Of a stretch of DNA of 64,000 nt, positions 1 to 20,342 are shown piece by piece. The notes beneath the pieces were generated by a model. That model saw nothing but the letters and a program-made list of their open reading frames with translations. It searched no databases and was not told where the DNA came from. Each line of letters opens with the position of its first letter. Within the stretch, counting starts at the first letter, position 1. Origin of the DNA: the human T2T-CHM13v2.0 reference genome, Homo sapiens. The position numbers were made by a program, and so were the translations under genes. The stretch lies in assembly GCF_009914755.1 (NCBI RefSeq), contig NC_060933.1. The stretch is one strand, 5' to 3'.

Positions 1-254
1 TAGTTACAACAAAACAACAAAGAAGGGAAACTTTTTTTCTTCTTACTGAAAAAGGAATACACACAAACTTATTCTGCTTATCTTTAAACTTGTGTGTTTC
101 AGACTAACTGAAGCCTCACAGCAGTGTAGGGTGGGGAAGTAGTTTAAAATTTTTTAATTGCCAGAACTTTTACATATCTCATTTGATCCCAAAAACTTTG
201 GGGCAGATTATTGCCAGTTTAACAGATAAACCTCTCCTCTGAGCATCAGATCCA

Positions 255-530
255 TGTGACTTCTCATGAGTCTACCTTAACCACCTTATTTAAAATTGCA
301 ACTCACTCTACATTTCTCCTGACTCTTGATTCCCCTCTTTTCCCATAGCATGATTACTTTCTAATCTATTATATATTTCACTTACTTATTACTCTTATTG
401 TCTCCCTTTCTAGAAAGTAAGCTTGTTGAAGGTAGGGTTCCAGTTTGTTTTTTGGGTTTTGTCCCCAGTCATATACTCAAAGTGACTAGCATGGTAGGTG
501 CTCAGTAAATATTCGTTGCCTGAATGAGTG
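255..530 (+). mobile_element. L2 LINE 3' end
   Basis: Ends GTAGGTGCTCAGTAAATATTCGTTGCCTGAATGAG, a typical L2 tail. Confidence 0.75.
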
Positions 531-639
531 TCCATTATTTCCATCTGGGTGTTCTGTAGGCATCTCATATTCCATCCTCCAGTGTCATCAGTCATCTATA
601 CAGGTACCCATACCAGAAATATAACTGTATTCTTTCATA

Positions 640-965
640 ATCACATTCACTCAATTTATTCTTTGAATACATATTTTAAGCATCTGCTACAGACCAGGCA
701 CTGGGTTACAACAGTAAAACAAAAATCCCTACCCCATGACTGTCCAAGGAATCTTGGGGGAGACAGACAATAAATAAGCACATCTATCAGGTGGTGCTGA
801 GGAAAAATAAAAATAAGGCAGGATAAAAGGTCAAGATGGGCATCTCTGACAAGACTTTTGGGCCAAGACCTGAGGAAAGTGAGGGGGGGCAAATCATGTG
901 ATCCTAGTCAGATGTAATAGCAAGTATGAATGTCCAAAAGTGTAAAATAGCAAAAGCATGAGCAA
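640..965 (-). mobile_element. L2 LINE fragment
   Basis: CATTCACTCAATTTATT...CCAGGCACTGGG...GGAGACAGACAATAAATAA, reverse L2 3' end. Confidence 0.7.
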
Positions 966-1897
966 AGGATGGCAAAAAAACAAAAACAAAACAAAACAAA
1001 ACAAAAACCCAGTGCTGCCTTTTCCTCAATGTTTTGTTTTGGGTAGTGTCTGTTTCTTCAAGTTCACTAGTTCGTTCTCTTGTACCTTATCTGCTGTTAA
1101 CCCCACACACTATTTTTTCATCCTACACAATGTACTTTTCATCTCTATTTCCATTTGGGTCTTTTTTTCTATCTTCCAAATCTAGGTAACTTTTTGAACA
1201 TATGGAATACAGTTATTCTGTTTTAATGCTCTCTGCTAATTCTGACATCTGTGTCAGGTCTGGTTTGGGTTCACCTGATCTTTCTCCTCTCTATGGGTCG
1301 TGTTATCCAGCATACCTGGTATTGTGTTTGTCAGCATACCTGGTAGTTTCTGATCAGACACCAGATATTTTTTTACTTTGTTGGGTGCTATTTTTGTATT
1401 TCAGTAAGTATTCTTGAGATTTATTCTAGGATGCTGTTAAGTACATAGACATAGTTTGACCCATTTGGATCTTGCTTACAAGATTTGTCAAGTGGGACCT
1501 GAGCTTTTTTAATCTAGGGCTAATGACTCCACATTACCAAGGCAAGACTTCTCTGTACCACACCTAGTGCCCTACACATTTTGAGGTTTTATAGTCTGGG
1601 TGTGAGAACAAACACTCTGGCCCTGTGTGGGCCCTGGCTACTGTTCTGATACTTCAGGTGCTTTTTTTCTCTGGCCATGGTTTGTTTTCTCACACATGCA
1701 CTGATCAGTAGTACTCTGAAGATTACTCAAGGGGCACTGTCCTCATATCTCCAGTGTTCTATGTGCAGCTACCAATGTTTGTATCATATTGGTTATTAAA
1801 ATTTTAATAAGTGATTGTGTGGATAAGGATATGCAGAAACAGATGCTCTCTTTGTTTTAAAGTGTAAGTTAGTATAACCTTTTAAGAGAGCAATCTG

Positions 1898-2200
1898 GGC
1901 AGGGTGTGGTGGCTCATGCCTGTAATCCCAGCACTTTGGGAGGCCAAGCCGGGTGGATCACTTGAGGTCAGGAGTTTGAGACCAGTCTGACCAATGTGGT
2001 GAAACCCCATCTCTACTAAAAAATACAAAATTAGCCAGGCGTGGGGGCATGCGGCTGTAATCCCAGCTACTTGGGAGACTGAGGCAGGAGAATTGCTTGA
2101 ACCCGGGAGGCGGAGGTTGCAGTAAGCCAAGATCGCACCATTGCCACTACAGCCTGGGCAGCAACAAGAGCGAAATTCCATCTCAAAAAAAAAAAAAAAA
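1898..2200 (+). mobile_element. AluS (Sp/Sq-like)
   Basis: Full dimer, poly(A), TSD AGAGCAATCTG on both sides. Confidence 0.95.
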
Positions 2201-2426
2201 GAGCAATCTGACAATATCTGTAAAAATTAAAAAATACACACACACATTCTGAAACTGTAACTCTAGGAACTTATACTCCAGATATACTACTGACAATAGA
2301 CATAAACAACTATGTACAGGATTATTACATTGTGGCATAATGCTACATAGCAAAAGATTGAAAACAACCGAATGTTACTTATTAGTAAAGTATGGCCTAT
2401 ATTATGTATTATATTAATAATATTAG

Positions 2427-2769
<343 letters not shown>

Positions 2770-2869
2770 TGTGCTTTTTAACTGAAGTAAATTTGTATTT
2801 ATGGGTATAGAATAATTGTCAAAATGTAATAAAAAAGGTGCACAGTAGACTCTATTGGTCACAAATATA

Positions 2870-4000
<1,131 letters not shown>

Positions 4001-5256
4001 CGTAAGCTTTTTTCATGTCATTCCATTGGGTGCTCAAGAAGGGTGGGGGCATACATAGCAGGAGTCTGCTGTGATCCCCCCTGTAAAGCAAAGATATATA
4101 GTATAGCTGCCCCTGAGGTGGGGATAGGCACAAAAACCCACCTGTTTCCCTGGTTCATTTTCTGCCGAAAACGGAAGCCTTAAGCCACTGATGGAGGGTT
4201 AACAGACATTTTCTCAGGGCAGAAAATGCTTTTGTGGGAGGAACAGAGGCAAAACGTCTCTGCCTCAGAAGGAAGGACAAAGGCAAAGATCTTTCATTTA
4301 AGGAGAAAAAGTAGAAGCACAAATCTTAGTTTAGAGGAGAGAGACAGAAAATAGTTTGGGGCCTAGCATCCTCCACTGATACTACTGGGAGAGGAGTAGG
4401 AAATTCCTGCTGAAGACCAGTCATAAATACAGGGATAGGAATGCTAAGAAGGACACAATTCTGAGGCCAGGTGTGCAAAGCCTGCCTATGACTGAGGCTG
4501 AGCTAAGACAACAAAGATTCCTTATTGTCTCTACCATGAGCCTAGCACAGACTAACAAGAAAATGCAGTCTACCTCTGAGGGAGGGGCAAGAGCATGGAG
4601 AGAGAATGTCTTGGGAGCAAAGGCATACAGAGACAGCTGGAAGGTGGAGAGGGAGCTGAAACATTGAGGAAAATACCCTCTGGCATCCTGTCCTTTAAGC
4701 GCACAGGAAAAGCTCACTGCTAGAGGAATTTGAAATCTGTGATGTGCTGCAGATAACAGTAAGAAAACATAAACTCAGTTTCTTACAATACTGACTCAAC
4801 CTCCCATACCAGCCTAACAGGCATGTATTTATAGCCAGACATAAATACTGTTTACCTCAGTTTCTGTTTTTTTCTACACACGATAAATGAAATTCAATAT
4901 TATAAGACTCAAGGGAAAAAAAGAAAAAAAAAAACACCTTGTCAAGAGATAAAGCAATTAATAGAACAAGACTTGGAGGTGACTCAGATAAAATTTGAAT
5001 TATCAGTTAAGGACTAACATTAATATACTATATTGAAGGATATAGTGAAATAGGTGGACAACACATTGACGCAGGGTGTTTTAGCAGAGATGAAAACTAT
5101 AAAAAATAAATGGAAATGCTAGAAATAAAAAGCATGATATCAGAGATGAAAATCCCTTCAACAGGTTCATTAGTAGAATGGAGATAGCTGAGGAAAGATT
5201 CAATGTATTGGAAGATACATTTAAAAAGTCATTCTGAAACACTAAGAAAAAAATTA

Positions 5257-5820
<564 letters not shown>

Positions 5821-6039
5821 TTATAGTGGAGTACTCATCAAAACAACAGTGACATTTAAATAAATAAATCAACCCCCAATTTTGTATTCTGTGAATAAAT
5901 CTTTGAAAAATAAAAGAGAAATAAAGACTTTTTAGACAAAAGCTGAAAGAATTCACTGTCAGCAGACTATGATATAAAGTAAGTTCTCTAGGAAGAAGTG
6001 TGATGGCAGATAGAAACTTGGATGCGTACAAAGAAATGA

Positions 6040-6525
6040 CTAGTGCTTTATAACAAGTTATCCCCAAACTTAAGTGAGTTAAAACAACATTTTCTCAAGT
6101 CTGTGGGTTAGAAATTCACCATCAGTTTGGCTGGGTGTTACAGTGTCGCTCATGTGGTTACAATTATGTGGTTGGCTGGGTGTGTGATTATAGGAAGGCT
6201 TGCCTGGGGTGGAGGATCCACTTCCAAGCTCATTCAATTCATATGACTCTTTGGAGGAGGCCTAACTTCTTCACCAAGTGGGATTCTCCATAGGGGTATT
6301 TCAGTATCTTCATGACATGTCATCTGACTTCCCCCAGTGCCAGAGATCTGAGAGAAAATGGAAGGTGCCATGTCCTTTATGACCTAGCCTTGGAATCACA
6401 CATTTCTACGACATTCTATTCATTTAGTAAATTAGTACAGCCCACAATCAAGGGAACGGGAATTAGGCTGTTCCCAAGGTAGGAGTATCGAAGAATCTGT
6501 GGACATATTTTTAAAGCAACCCACA
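6040..6525 (-). mobile_element. MLT1-type MaLR solo LTR
   Basis: TATCCCCAAACTTAAGTGAGTTAAAACAAC ... GGAGGATCCACTTCCAAG ... TTTTTAAAGCAACCCACA. Confidence 0.7.
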
Positions 6526-9500
6526 CCAGAAACTATTCAAAAATGATGATAAATATAAAAGATTTTTTTTGTTAAAGAATTTAGTCTAAAGCAAAAATAT
6601 TACCACTGTATTCTGGGGTTTATTACACACATAAAATTAAGATGTATGACAACAGCATAAATGATGCAAGAGAAATTGGAAGTATATTGTTGTAAGGTTC
6701 TTCTAACTATACATGAAGTGGTACACCATTTGAGGTTTGTATAAGTTGAACATGCATATTTTAAAACCTGGAGAAGCCACTGAAACCTTTTTTTAAATAA
6801 AGAGCTGTAACTAATAAGCCAATAATGGAGATAAAATCAAGAAAATACTCAATCCAAAAGAAAGTGAGAAAAAAGAAAATGGGACAAGTAGAAAATAGCA
6901 AAATGGCGAGATTACATTCAACCACATCCATAATTACTGTAAACTAATTTCCAATTAAAAGACATCAGATTGAATTAAAAAACAAGACCCATCGGTCTTC
7001 AAGATGGCTGATTAGAAGCATCTGGTACTCACCTTCTCCATAAAGAACCAAAATAGTGAATAGATAATCACAGTTCGAATAGATTATCTAGGAGAGAACA
7101 CTAAAATTCAACAGAGAAGTGAACAGGAAACACCTAAAACAAGGAAGGAGAGGGAAGTGAGGCAGCCTGCTCAGCTGGGATTGGCTGGGAGCCTGTAGAG
7201 ACTTCCCAATGAAGGGAAAGGGTAAGGGATAGACCCCCCAGCAGTCCACATTTTTATTGCAGACTCCTACAATCCTAACCACAGGAGAGCCCCCTCAATC
7301 CTTGTGGGCCCTGAGACTAACATAGGGAGCTGCTGGAAGACCATCTGATGGTATTGCTCCAGAAAGGGAGCTAAGGCTGAGTCTTGCATACCCTGAGTTC
7401 TAAGCAGCTACAGCAAGGTCCCATTTTGAGAGCCAGCACCTCCATGCGCCACCAGGCAGCCTGGGGACAGGTTTGCCTAGACTGGCTCTGTACCCCCTAG
7501 TCCCCGAGCACACTGTCAGGGGCCCTGGGGATTGCCCAGCTCAGCCCACCGCCATTGACGCCTGAGCACTCCTCCCAGGATCCTGAGGTCATCAGGCCCA
7601 CCCAACCTGCCACTACCATCACAGATGTCACCCACCTGTATATGCCACCCTGTGAGCCTAGGGACTGGCCCTCCCAGCCTGTCACAGCCACTGCCAATGC
7701 TAGCATGGACCACTCGGGAACCAGAGAACTGTCCCACCAGTGCTACTGCCTTGGCTTATGCCATGCTGACTATCCAGGGGCCTGACAAACTGCCTACCTG
7801 CTCAGCCCACCATTGTCACTACCCAGCACCCAAGCAAGCCAACTGGAGGGCCAAGAATCTGCCCATCTGAACCTGCTAATATACCAGTGACAGCATACCC
7901 CACCCGGGGGCCCAAGGACAGGCATGCTCAGCCCACTCGTGCCATCACCGAGAACTGAGGACCGGCCCACCTATGTCCCTGTCCGCAGCAAAACTTCACC
8001 ACAGCCTCCACTAAATGGACCCTAAGCCACTGAGAAAATCACAGACACCATTGACACTATTTATACCTAAAGAAAACATACAGAGACTACACTACTGCAC
8101 ACACTGAGAATCAAAGCCACAGTGCCCTACCCAACCAACACCACATATACATCTTCAGGAAAAAGTCCTCCACTATGAAAGCAAATCCAAAACAATTCGA
8201 AGAAGTTACTGTTAGAACAGATGTGCCGAGAAAAATGTAAGGACACAACAAACATGAAAAAGCAGGGAAATATAACACCTTCAAGGGCACACAATAATTC
8301 TCCAGCAACAGATTCCAATGAAAAAGAAATTTATGAAGTACCAGAAAAAGAATTCAAAATAATGATATTAAAGAAGCTCAGTGAGATAGAAGAGCACACA
8401 ACAAATACAAAAAATAATGAGAAATTTACCAAAGACGCAACGATCATGAAAAAAAAAAAACACCAAATTTTGGAACTGATGAATTCACTGAATGAAACAC
8501 AATATACATTTAAAAGCTTCAAAAATAGATCAAGCAGAACAAAGAATTGCAGAACTTGCAGACAGGTCTTTTGAAATAACCCAGTCAGACAAAAATAAAG
8601 AAAAAAGAATGAACAAAGCCTACATGACATATGGGACACCATAAAATGACCAATATTCAAATTTTTGGTGTTCCAGAATGCAAAGAGAAAAGGGATAGAA
8701 AATCCATTTAATGAAACAGTAGCTGAAAACTTCCCTGGTCTAGTAAGAGATTTAAAGATCCAATACAGGAAGTTTAGAGATCCCCAAACAGATGCAATTC
8801 AAAGAGGTCTTCACGACACATGGTCGTCAAATTTCAAAGACAGAGAATTCCAAAAACAGCAAGAGGATAGTGTCTAGTCACTTATAAGGGATCCCCCAAC
8901 TGACTAAGCAGAATTCTCAATGGAAACCCTACAGGCCAGGAAAGAATGGGATGGTATAGACAATGAGCTGAGAGAAAAAACTGCCAGCCAAGGACGCTAC
9001 ACCCAGCAAAGTTATCCATCATAAATGAATGAGAAGTAGTCTTTCCCAGACAAGCAACAGTTGAGGGAATTCATCACACTAGGTGAGCCCTACAAGAAAT
9101 GTTTAAGAGAGTCCTGGAAGGAAAACAATGATACACACCACCACAAAAACACAAAATTACAAACCCCACTGATAGAGCAAAGACACAAATGAGAAAGGAC
9201 TCAAACACTACCACTACAGAAAACCACCAAATCACAATAATAAATAAGAGAGAAAGGGAGGAACAAGGGATATATAAAACAAGTAGCTATCAAGTAATAA
9301 AATGACAGGAATTAGCTCTTACGTGTCAATAATAACCTTGAATGTAAACAGATTAAACTTTTCACTTGAAAGTTACAGGCTGGCCAAATGGATTTAAAAA
9401 AAAACGTGGCCCATCCGTAAGCTGCCTAAAAGAAACTCGTCTCACTTGTAAGAACATATACAGACAAATGAAAGACATGGAAAAAGAGATTCCAATCAAA

Positions 9501-9916
9501 TGGTAATCAAAAAAAGCAGGGGTAGCTATACTAATGTTAGATAAAACAGACTTTAAGTCAAAAACTGTTAAAAGAGACAAAGAAGGTCACTATATAATGA
9601 TAAGTGGATTAACAGAGCAAGAGGATATAACAATTATAAATAAATATGTACCCAACATTAGAGCACCCAGATATATAAAGCAAATATTAGATCTAAAGAG
9701 AGAGATGGACTGTAACATAGAGTTTGGGACTTCAACATACCACTTTCAGAATTAGACCAACTATATGGAAAATTAACAAACATTTACACTGCACTTTAGA
9801 CCTAATGGACCTAAACAGAACATTTCATCCTACAGCTATAGAATACACTTTCTCCTAATCAGCACATGAAGCATTTTCCAGCACAGACCATATGTTAAGC
9901 CACAAAACAAGTCTCA

Positions 9917-10702
<786 letters not shown>

Positions 10703-10745
10703 AAAAAGTCTCTCGAAACAAATAAAAATTAAAACACAACATATT

Positions 10746-11015
10746 GGCTGGACACAGTGGCTCATGCCTGTAATCCCAGTTCTTTGGGAGGCTGAGGCAG
10801 AGGATCACTTGAGGTCAGTAGTTTAAGATCAGCCTATGCAACATAGCAAGACTACATCTCTACAAACAACATTTTTTAAATTAGCTGGGCATGGTGGTGT
10901 GCACCTGTAGTCCTAGCTACTTGGGAGGCTGAGGCGGGAGTTCAAGGTTAAAGTGAGCTACAGTCACACGACTGCACTCCAGCCAGAGTGATAGAGCAAG
11001 TCCCTGTCTCTAAAA
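10746..11015 (+). mobile_element. AluJ
   Basis: Diverged dimer with an internal deletion. Confidence 0.9.
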
Positions 11016-11220
11016 CAGCAACATACAAAAACCTATGAGATACAGCAAAAACAATGCTAAGAAGGGAGTTTATAGCAGTAAACACATCAAAAAAGTAGAA
11101 AGATTTCAAACAATCTATTGATGCACTTCAAGGAACCAGGAAGGCAACAAACCAAACCCCAAATTAGTAGAAGTTAAGAAATAATAAAGGTCAGAGGAGA
11201 ACTAAACAAGCAGATAAAAG

Positions 11221-11360
11221 AGTAAGGCACAGTGGTGCAAGCCTGTATACCAGCTAATCTGGAGGCTGAGGAGGGAGGATTGTTTTCACTCAGGAGTTTG
11301 AGACCAGCCTGGGTAACATAGCAAGACCCCATCTTAAAAAACAAAACAAAACAAACAAAC
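11221..11360 (+). mobile_element. FLAM (free left Alu monomer)
   Basis: Monomer ending GCAAGACCCCATCTT plus an A-rich tail. Confidence 0.8.
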
Positions 11361-13385
11361 CTGGCCAGAGTAATCAGACAAGAGAAAGAAGTAAAGGGCA
11401 TTGAAATTGGAAAAGAGAAAGTCAAACCATCGACGTTCATTGATGATATGATTGTATACCTAGAAAACCCTAAAGACTCATCCAAAAAGCTCCCAGATCT
11501 GATAAACAAACTCAGTAAAGTCTCAGGATACAAAATCAATGTACACCAATCCGTAGCACTGCTATATGCCAACAACGATCGAGCTGAGAATCAAATCAAG
11601 AACTCAATCCCTTTTAAAATAGCTGCAAAAAATAAAATAAAATACCTAGGAATATACTTAACCAAGGAGGTGAAAGATCTTTATAAGGAAGACTACAAAA
11701 CACTGCTGAAAGAAATAATAGATGACACAAATGGAAACACATTCCATGATCATGGATGGGTAGAATCAATATTGTGAAAATGATTACACTGCCTAAAGCA
11801 TTCTACAGATTCAATGCAATTCCCACAAAAATATCATCATCATTCTTCACAGAATGAGAAAAAACTCCTATAATTTATATGGAAGCCAAAGTGAGCCTGT
11901 GCAGCCAAAGCAATACTAAGCAAAAAGAACAAATCTGAAGGCATCACATTACCCCACTTTGACTGTACTATAAGGCTATAGCTACCAAAATAGCATGAGA
12001 CCAGTATAAAAACAGGCACATAGACCAATGCAACAGAATAGAGAGCACAGAAATAAAACGAAATACTTACACCTACCTGATCGTTGACGAAGCATACAAA
12101 AACATAAATTGAGGAAGGGATACCCTATTCAATAACTGGTACTGGAAAAATTGGCAAGCCACATGTAGAAGAATGAAACTGGATCCTCATCTCTCACCTT
12201 ATACAAAAATCAACTTAAGATGGATCAAAGACTTAAATCTAAGACCTGAAACCATAAAAATTCTAGAACATCAGAAAAACTGTTCTGGACATTAGCTTAG
12301 GCAAACACTCATGACTAAGGCCCCAAAAGCAAATGCAACAAAAATAAAAATAAATAAATGGGACCTAATTAAACTAAAAAGCTTCTGCACAGCAAAAGAA
12401 ATAGCAGAGATAACACACAGTGGGAGAAAATATTTGCAAACTATACATCTGAAAAAGGACTAATATCCAGAATCTACATTTGGATATTTGAACAAATTTG
12501 AACAAATCAGCAAGAAAAAAAAAACAAATAATCCCATCAAAAAGTGGGCAAAGGACACAAATAGACAATTTTCAACAGAAGATACACAGCCAACAAACAT
12601 ATGAAAAATGCTTAACATCATTAATTATCAGAGGAATGCAAATTAAAACCACAATGATACCACTTTACTCCTGCAAAAATAGTCGTAATTAAAAAGTCAA
12701 AAAACAATAGATATTGGTGTGGATTTGGTGAAAAGGGCATATTTTTACACTACTGGTGGGAATGTAAACTAGTACAACCACTATGGAAAACAGTATGGAG
12801 ATTCCTAAAGGTAGAATTACCATCTGATCCAGCAATCCCACTATTTGGTATCTACCCAAAGGAAAAGAAGTTATTATATGAAAAAGACACGTGCACACAC
12901 ATGCATGTTTATAGCAGCACAGTTCACAATTGCAAAGATAATGGAACCAACCTAAGTAACCCACCAACCAACAAGTGGATAAAGAAAATGTGGTATATAT
13001 ACACCATGGAATACTACTCAGCCACAGAAAGGAAAAAAATAATGTCTTTTGCAGCAAGTTGAATGGAGCCGGAGGCCATTATTCTAAGTGAGGTCATCAG
13101 GAATGGAAAACCAAATATGGCATGTTCTCACTTATAAGTGGGAGCTAAGCTATGAGGATGCAAAGCAGAAGAATGATATAATGCACTTTGGGGATTTGGA
13201 GGGGGTGGTGAGGGATAAAAGACTACATATTGGGATAAAAGCAGTGTACATTGCTTGGGTGATGGGTGTGCCAAAATCTCAGAAATCACCACTGAAGAAC
13301 TTATCCATGTAACCATGGATACTTTTGGTTACTTTTCCATGTAACCAAAAACCACCTGTACCCCAAAAACTATTGAAATAAAGAA
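11361..13385 (+). mobile_element. 5'-truncated L1PB
   Basis: ORF2 RT remnant ([10 protein letters not shown], 11448 ORF) through the 3' end CCAAAATCTCAGAAATCACCACT...CCCCAAAAACTATTGAAATAAA. Confidence 0.85.
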
Positions 13386-13908
13386 AAGTTGGCTTTTAAA
13401 AGAGGATAAACAAAATGGATACTGTTAGCTAGACTAACCAAGAAAAAAAGAGACAACCTAAATAGAATAAGAAATGAAAAAGGAGACATTACAACTGATA
13501 CCACAGAAATATAAAAGATTATCAGATATTATTAACAAGTAAACACTAATAAACTGAAAAACCTAGTGGAAATGAATAAATTCCTGAAAATATACAACCT
13601 ACCAAGATTGAATAAAAAAGACAGAAAACCTGAACAGACCAGTAACAAGTAATGAAGCTGAAACAGTAATTTAAAAAATCTTCCAACAAAGAAATGTGCA
13701 AGACTGGATGGCTTAATTGCCAAATTCTACCAAACTTTCTAAGAACTAACACCAATTCTCCTCAAACTATTCCAAAAAATTAAAGAAGGAATTCTCCATA
13801 ACTCATTTTATAAGGCCAGCATTACCTTGATACTAAAACCAGACAGAGACTCAAAAAAAAGTACAGGCCAACATCTCTGAAGAACATGCACACAAAACTC
13901 CTCAATAA

Positions 13909-14235
<327 letters not shown>

Positions 14236-14870
14236 TCAATCCAACAGCATACCAACCATGATCAACTAAGATTTATCCCAGGGATTCAAGGATGATTCAA
14301 CATATGCAAATCAATAAACGTGCTACATCACATCAACAGAATGAAGGACAAATACTGTATGACCATCTCAATAGATGCAGAAAAAGGATTTAATAAAATT
14401 CAACATCGCTTCATGATAAAAATTCTCAACTAGACATAGAAGAAATGTGTGTCAACATAGTAAAGGTCATATATAACACACAGTTAACATCATACAGAAT
14501 GAGGAACAGCTGAACGCTTTTCCACTAAGAATTGGAACAAGACAGGGATGACTACTTTCAGCACTCCTAGTCAACACAGTACTGGAAATCCCAGCCACAG
14601 CAATCAAGTGAATGAAAGAAATAAAACACATCCAGCCTTATTGGCAATTTATATGCCTTATTGGCTCCATTAAACTTTTTAAAAACTTTAAATAAATAAA
14701 TAAAAGCAATCCACATTGAAAAAGGGGAGGTCAAATTGTACCTCTTTGCAGATGATATAATCTTGTATCTAGAAGAACCTAAAGACTCCACCAAAAAAAT
14801 GATTAGATCCGATGAATAAATTTGGTAAAGTTGTAAGATACAAAATCAGCATACAAAAATCAGTAGTGTT

Positions 14871-15002
14871 TTGGTTTTTTAAACTAGAGATGGGGTCTCG
14901 CTATGTTGCCTAGGCTGGTCTTGGACTTCTGGGCTCAAGTGATCCCCCCATCTTGGCCTCCCAAAGTGCTGGGATTACAGGCATGAGCCACAGTGCCCAG
15001 CC
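14871..15002 (-). mobile_element. FLAM_C-like monomer
   Basis: TSD CAAAAATC(A/G)GTAGTGTTT. Confidence 0.85.
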
Positions 15003-16036
15003 TCAAAAATCGGTAGTGTTTCTACACACCAATAATACACTAGCTGAGAAAGAAATCAAGAAGGCAATCCCACTTAAAATAGTTACAAAAAAATTTAAAT
15101 ACCTAGGAATAAATTTAACCAAGGAAGTGAAAGACCTCTACAAGGAAAACTGCCAAACATTGATAAAAGAAACTGAAAAGGACACAAACAAATGGAAAGA
15201 CATCCCAAGCATGTGGATCAGAAGAATTAATATTATTAAAATGACCATACTGCCCAAAGCATTCTACAGACTGAATACAACCTGTATCAAAATACCAATG
15301 CAATTTTTCACATAAATAGGAAAAAACACTCCTAAAATTCATATGGAACCAAAAAGAGCCCAAATAGCCAAAGGAATCCAGAGCAAAAAGAAAAGAGCTT
15401 GAGGCATCATACTACTTGACTTCAAAATATATTACAAGCCTATAGTAACCAAGACAGCATGGCATTAGTTTAAAAACAGAAACACAGACCAGTGGAGCGA
15501 AACAAAGAACACAGAAAGAAATCCATGTATTTACAGCTGACTGATTTTTGACAAAGGTGTGAAGAACATACATTGGGTGAAGAACACCTTCTTCAATAAA
15601 TTGTGCTAGGAAAACTGGATATACATATGCAGAAGAATGAAAGAAGACCCCCTACCTCTCACCACAACCAAAAACCAGTTCAAGATGGAGTAAATACTTA
15701 ACGTTAAGTCCTGAAACTATAGAACTACTAGAAGAAAACATATGAGAAACACCAGGACATTGATCTAGGCAAAGATTTTATGGCTAGGACCTCAAAAGCA
15801 CAGGCAACAAAAATAAAATTAGATGAGTGGGACCATACTAAATTAAAAAGCTTCTGCACAGCAAAGGAAACAATAAACAGACTGAAGAGATAGCCTGTTG
15901 AATGGGAGAAAATATCTGCAAACTATTTCTCTGATAAAGGACTAATAACCAGAATATATAGGAAGTCCAAGAACAGTAAAACAACAACAAATAATCTCAT
16001 TAAAAAGTGGGCAAAGAACATGAATAGACATTTCTT

Positions 16037-19691
<3,655 letters not shown>

Positions 19692-19786
19692 ATGAATAGA
19701 CATTTCTTAAAAGAAGACATACAAACGATCAACAGGAAATGTTCAACATCAGTAATCATCAGAGAAAAATCAAAATCATAATGAGG

Positions 19787-20075
19787 GGCTGGGCACGGTG
19801 GCTCAAGCCTGTAATCCCAGCACTTTGGGAGGCCAATGCGGGCGGATCACAAGGTCAGGAGTTTGAGACCAGCCTGACCAACATGGTGAACCCCCATCTC
19901 TACTAAAATTACACAAATAATTAGCTGGGTGTGGTGGCGTGTTGCCTGTAATCCCAGCTACGCAGGAGGCTGAGGCAGGAGAATCGCTTGAACCCCAGGA
20001 GGTGGAGGTTGCAGTGGGCTGAGGTCACACCACTGCACTCCGGCCTGGGCAACAAAGTGAGACTGTCTCAAAAAA
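19787..20075 (+). mobile_element. AluS (Sg-like), 5' part of a composite insertion
   Basis: Dimer beginning immediately after the TSD AAATCATAATGAGG. Confidence 0.93.
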
Positions 20076-20342
20076 TATATATATTTTTAATATAATATGC
20101 AATATATTTTATATAAGCTATGTAATATAATCTATATTATATATAATCTATAAGTTATAATCTATACTATAATCTATAAATTATAATCTATATTAATCTA
20201 TAATTATAACCTATATTATATAATCTATAATCTATATTATATAATCTATAGTTATATAATATATATAATTATATATAATATAGATAATATGTAACATACT
20301 ATCTAGATTACTTTATAATATAGATTATATAATATATATATA
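20076..20342. repeat. AT-rich degenerate minisatellite (TATAATCTA-like unit)
   Basis: Repeated TATAATCTATA units, with almost no G or C otherwise. Confidence 0.9.
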
